From Verrucomicrobiota bacterium (GTDB lineage Bacteria; Verrucomicrobiota; Verrucomicrobiia; Limisphaerales; SIBE01): a DNA stretch of 64,000 nucleotides. A model generated the notes under the pieces. It made no database searches. It had not been told where the DNA came from and saw only the letters and a program-made list of their open reading frames with translations. How positions within the stretch are numbered: the stretch's first letter is position 1; every line of letters starts with the position of its first letter. The stretch lies in assembly GCA_046346765.1 (NCBI GenBank), contig JAXMHN010000006.1, forward strand, positions 88,799-152,798, written 5' to 3'. The position numbers and the translations under genes were made by a program. Positions 61,398-64,000 of the stretch are shown here, in pieces.

Positions 61398-63698
61398 TCA
61401 TTTGGAAATGACTTCGATCCTGGCGCTCACCGGCCCTGACCAGGGCGTCGAGATACGAGGACCGCCTGTCTGACGCTTGGAAGGATTCCGCGCTCGCGTC
61501 ACCAAGTGGATATTGGTGCTCAGTTGGATGGGTTGAGAGTAGATTTTGGCGTTGGCGGACAGCTCACCTTGGGCCGCGCGAGGGTCTGAGCCATCCAGCG
61601 TGTAGAAAACGGTCGAGCCAGGGGGGATGATAAGCTGTAACAAATCTCCTGCTCTTGACGGCTCGGCCGGCATCGTCAGGGCCGGCCGAGGAGTGAGTTG
61701 CTCATCGATGAAGTCGATGCGATTGGACAGCCACTCCTTCATCCAGTTGACCTCGCTTTGGTAGCTGCCACCGCGCGGTTGCAGGTCCCACCGCTCCACC
61801 TCGCGTGGCTGGGCTTCGCGAACCTCGTCGCTCAGCTGATCGATGAGGCGATTGAGATGACTCAAAGAAAACTGCGCCTGGCGCAACTCTTGCCAGCGAT
61901 CGACCCACCGTTGCCAGAAATCCGGATCGCGGAAGAGCTGGGCCCACCAGGGGCCGCTGAAGAACCGGCCGGTATTCCAGCGACGAGGATCGTCGTCACG
62001 TCCATCGTTGGATCCGAGGGCGCGATCAAAGTCCCAGTGCGGGCCGAAGGCGAGCTTACCATTGCGTGGTTTGTAGAAGTAGGTGCTGAAATACAGGGCA
62101 TCGACATTGCCGCTGAGCACCTCCAGGACGTGATAATCGATCCAGGAATCGACCTCGATATAGGCCGGATAACCGTGGGTGGGATCGCGCCAATTGGGTC
62201 CGTGCAGCGCTCGCTGGAAATCGGTGAAGAACTTCGCCAAGTAGCGCTTTTGTGGGGCGCGTTCCGGCAACGTAATGACCCGTTCTTTCGGCTCAACGTA
62301 AACCACGGAGGCGTCTCCAGCCCAGAACCCGGATTCATTCGGCCCAAGGCGATCGATTTTCAGAATATAGCCGCCGGTGACTTCTGGCGGGTTGACGTCA
62401 GCCGGCCCGAGTCGGTCGATGTTGATACGGTGTTTGCCGATTTTGATCCGTTCTTCGAGCACATAGACCCCCATGTATTGCCGTCGCGCCATCGGGCTGG
62501 AACTCTTCACCACGAAAAGTTCGAGGAAACGGGTGCGAGGCGAGTAGCGGCCCATCTCCCGGCTCAACTGATGCACGAAGGGGTTATGGATCATGACCGG
62601 TTCGTAGAAATTAGGGGCGTACAGCACCCAATCTGAATCGGCCGGCAACCCCAGGACCGACCGGTCGTGCTCGGCGTTGAATTCGTCCAGCAAATGCAGG
62701 ACAAAGCTGCTTTTCGGCATGCTAATGGTGCTCGAGCCGCGCTCGTGATAACCGGCTTTGGTCGTTAGCGCGGGTTTGTTGGTCAAAGACGTTCGACCCT
62801 TGACCGGTTCAAATAGCGTCAAATGCGACGGTTCGTCCAAGGAACTGCCACCTCTATCGGGCCCCACCGTGTCCAACACCAGGACGGGCAGGTTGGAAGT
62901 GAATTTCTGCAGGTTCGGATTCACGAAGAGGTAAGTCTCGGTGTGGGGAGGGCCGGGTAGGAAGCCTTCCGGGTAAGCTCGCGCGCGCAGGTGCGTCGTC
63001 TGATTGATCTCGATTGGCTCACGATAAGCCGGCGAAGAGGCGGTTGGCATCGTCCCGTCGAGAGTATAGCGAATGACGGTGCGGACCGAAGGGCAGGACA
63101 GTTGCACTTTGACAGACTCGCTCAGAGGTCCCCCAGCCGGGGAGAAAAGCACGACTGGTCCGAATCCGGGCCCTTCCGAGCTATTGGGCTTGCCCGGCGT
63201 CGGACTCGGGAACGAGCCTACGGCGAGGGGATCGCCCGGCGCCCGGCCGAAGGAGGTGCCTGGCAATTGTCCCGGGTACGGGTCGAATTCAGAAACGACA
63301 TTGGTCGCACGGTTGACCAGGGCCAAATAGCCGCCCTGCTGGTCCAAAGTAAAATTGGCGTGGAGGTAGGTCGAATTGCGGGTTCGATCCTTGCCGGACG
63401 CGAAAACTACCACGCACTTCGACGGCGCCAGGGATACGCTCGGAAACCGCCACTTGGTCAAACTGGTCCGAGTGTCGGTCAGGTACCAGCCCGACAGATT
63501 GACCACCATGCCGCCGGCATTCTGAATTTCGATCCACCCGGACAATTCTCCGTCTTCATCTTTGGGGCCGCTTACGGGCACGGCCATGACCTCTGAAATC
63601 CTGACCGGCGCGGCATTGTCTGCGGCCCGCAGGCCGCTCCCTCCAATGGAGAAGAGCAGGATGGACGCGAGCCAGGGACAGCGTTGAATGGCGTTCAT
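61398..63698 (-). CDS. secreted lamin-tail-domain (LTD) + CotH-family protein
   Basis: Start at ATG 63698 (MNAIQRCPWLASILLFSIGGSGLRA signal). LTD: VRISEVMAV...GWIEIQNAGGMVVNLSGWYLTD. CotH core: DWVLYAPNFYEPVMIHNPFVHQLSREMGRYSPRTRFLELFV and GPHWDFDRALGS. Confidence 0.8.
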   Translation of the reverse strand: MNAIQRCPWLASILLFSIGGSGLRAADNAAPVRISEVMAVPVSGPKDEDGELSGWIEIQNAGGMVVNLSGWYLTDTRTSLTKWRFPSVSLAPSKCVVVFASGKDRTRNSTYLHANFTLDQQGGYLALVNRATNVVSEFDPYPGQLPGTSFGRAPGDPLAVGSFPSPTPGKPNSSEGPGFGPVVLFSPAGGPLSESVKVQLSCPSVRTVIRYTLDGTMPTASSPAYREPIEINQTTHLRARAYPEGFLPGPPHTETYLFVNPNLQKFTSNLPVLVLDTVGPDRGGSSLDEPSHLTLFEPVKGRTSLTNKPALTTKAGYHERGSSTISMPKSSFVLHLLDEFNAEHDRSVLGLPADSDWVLYAPNFYEPVMIHNPFVHQLSREMGRYSPRTRFLELFVVKSSSPMARRQYMGVYVLEERIKIGKHRINIDRLGPADVNPPEVTGGYILKIDRLGPNESGFWAGDASVVYVEPKERVITLPERAPQKRYLAKFFTDFQRALHGPNWRDPTHGYPAYIEVDSWIDYHVLEVLSGNVDALYFSTYFYKPRNGKLAFGPHWDFDRALGSNDGRDDDPRRWNTGRFFSGPWWAQLFRDPDFWQRWVDRWQELRQAQFSLSHLNRLIDQLSDEVREAQPREVERWDLQPRGGSYQSEVNWMKEWLSNRIDFIDEQLTPRPALTMPAEPSRAGDLLQLIIPPGSTVFYTLDGSDPRAAQGELSANAKIYSQPIQLSTNIHLVTRARNPSKRQTGGPRISTPWSGPVSARIEVISK

Positions 63699-64000
63699 AG
63701 ATATCCCGAAGCCGTCTTCGGCAACTGATCTCAACCCCAATACGACCATTGCCGGCACTTGGCAAGAGGCGCCTTGCGGAGGCGTGCTCCACTGATGAAG
63801 TCCGGTGGAGAGGAAACCGGCCGCGCAATGGTGACGCTCAACCACCAAATGAAAATCGGCTCGCCGCCTGGTCCAGATTTTGCGAGGCTGACAAGATGCG
63901 CGCTTGCCAGGCCCGATACCTCCTTGGATTGCTTCTCTTCTTCGTTCCCAACAGTTGGTCACAACCGACGAACAACGGCGGCGTCGTCAAAGCAGGAGAG

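Noticed and set aside
1-64000. Mobile elements, prophage, integrative island boundaries, rRNA and tRNA.
   Set aside because: No transposase, integrase, recombinase or phage-structural motifs were recognised. No terminal inverted repeats or flanking direct repeats were recognised. The toxin-like cassette is only marginally AT-richer, which is insufficient to call an island.

Overview
The window is a high-GC (about 60% by eye), densely coding chromosomal segment. No rRNA, tRNA, CRISPR array, transposase or integrase was recognised. The gene content looks like Verrucomicrobiota or Planctomycetota: a DUF1559-type pseudopilin, a planctomycete-type ECF sigma factor, Tat-signal Gfo/Idh/MocA oxidoreductases, two CotH proteins, and LamG and Ig-repeat secreted proteins ending in an ...FYR-type C-terminal module.

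Main blocks, in order:
- 1-8.3 kb: pseudopilin, a duplicated TolB-like propeller, and an MBOAT + AlgJ/X-like O-acetylation module.
- 8.3-18.9 kb: a GH2 gene followed by a translationally coupled 8-gene sugar-acid-type catabolic operon ending in an SSS transporter.
- 18.9-24.0 kb (minus strand): an orphan gene, an FN3/7xIg protein, and a two-gene cassette whose large member resembles a DUF3289-type toxin.
- 26.3-32.4 kb: an RRM RNA-binding protein and a calcium-themed neighbourhood (CotH-EF-hand fusion, secreted 6xEF-hand protein, orphan NarL-type regulator, Tat dioxygenase-like protein). This neighbourhood contains a 297-nt T-free tract of about 34 tandem octamers.
- 32.5-50.4 kb: NAD salvage (nudix + pncA), oxidoreductases, uvrA, an ArsR-OYE divergon, M28 peptidase, ECF sigma + WD40 partner, GH43, Gre factor, YbgC.
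- 50.9-63.7 kb: a LamG protein with a recent internal duplication, and a minus-strand operon (CotH-LTD, S9-like hydrolase, lactonase, GH39-like, GH127).

Most interesting sequence-level signals:
- the octamer tract;
- the toxin-like cassette;
- phased 11-bp TTTGTTCG arrays at two loci;
- a TTCGACAAC(C)TGTCG palindrome shared between the ArsR operator region and the cassette promoter.

Caveat: at least nine genes are interrupted by 1-nt frame changes, several at homopolymer runs and mostly apparent deletions. I cannot tell from one sequence whether these are consensus errors or real pseudogenes. All family assignments are motif recognition by eye. No searches were run.
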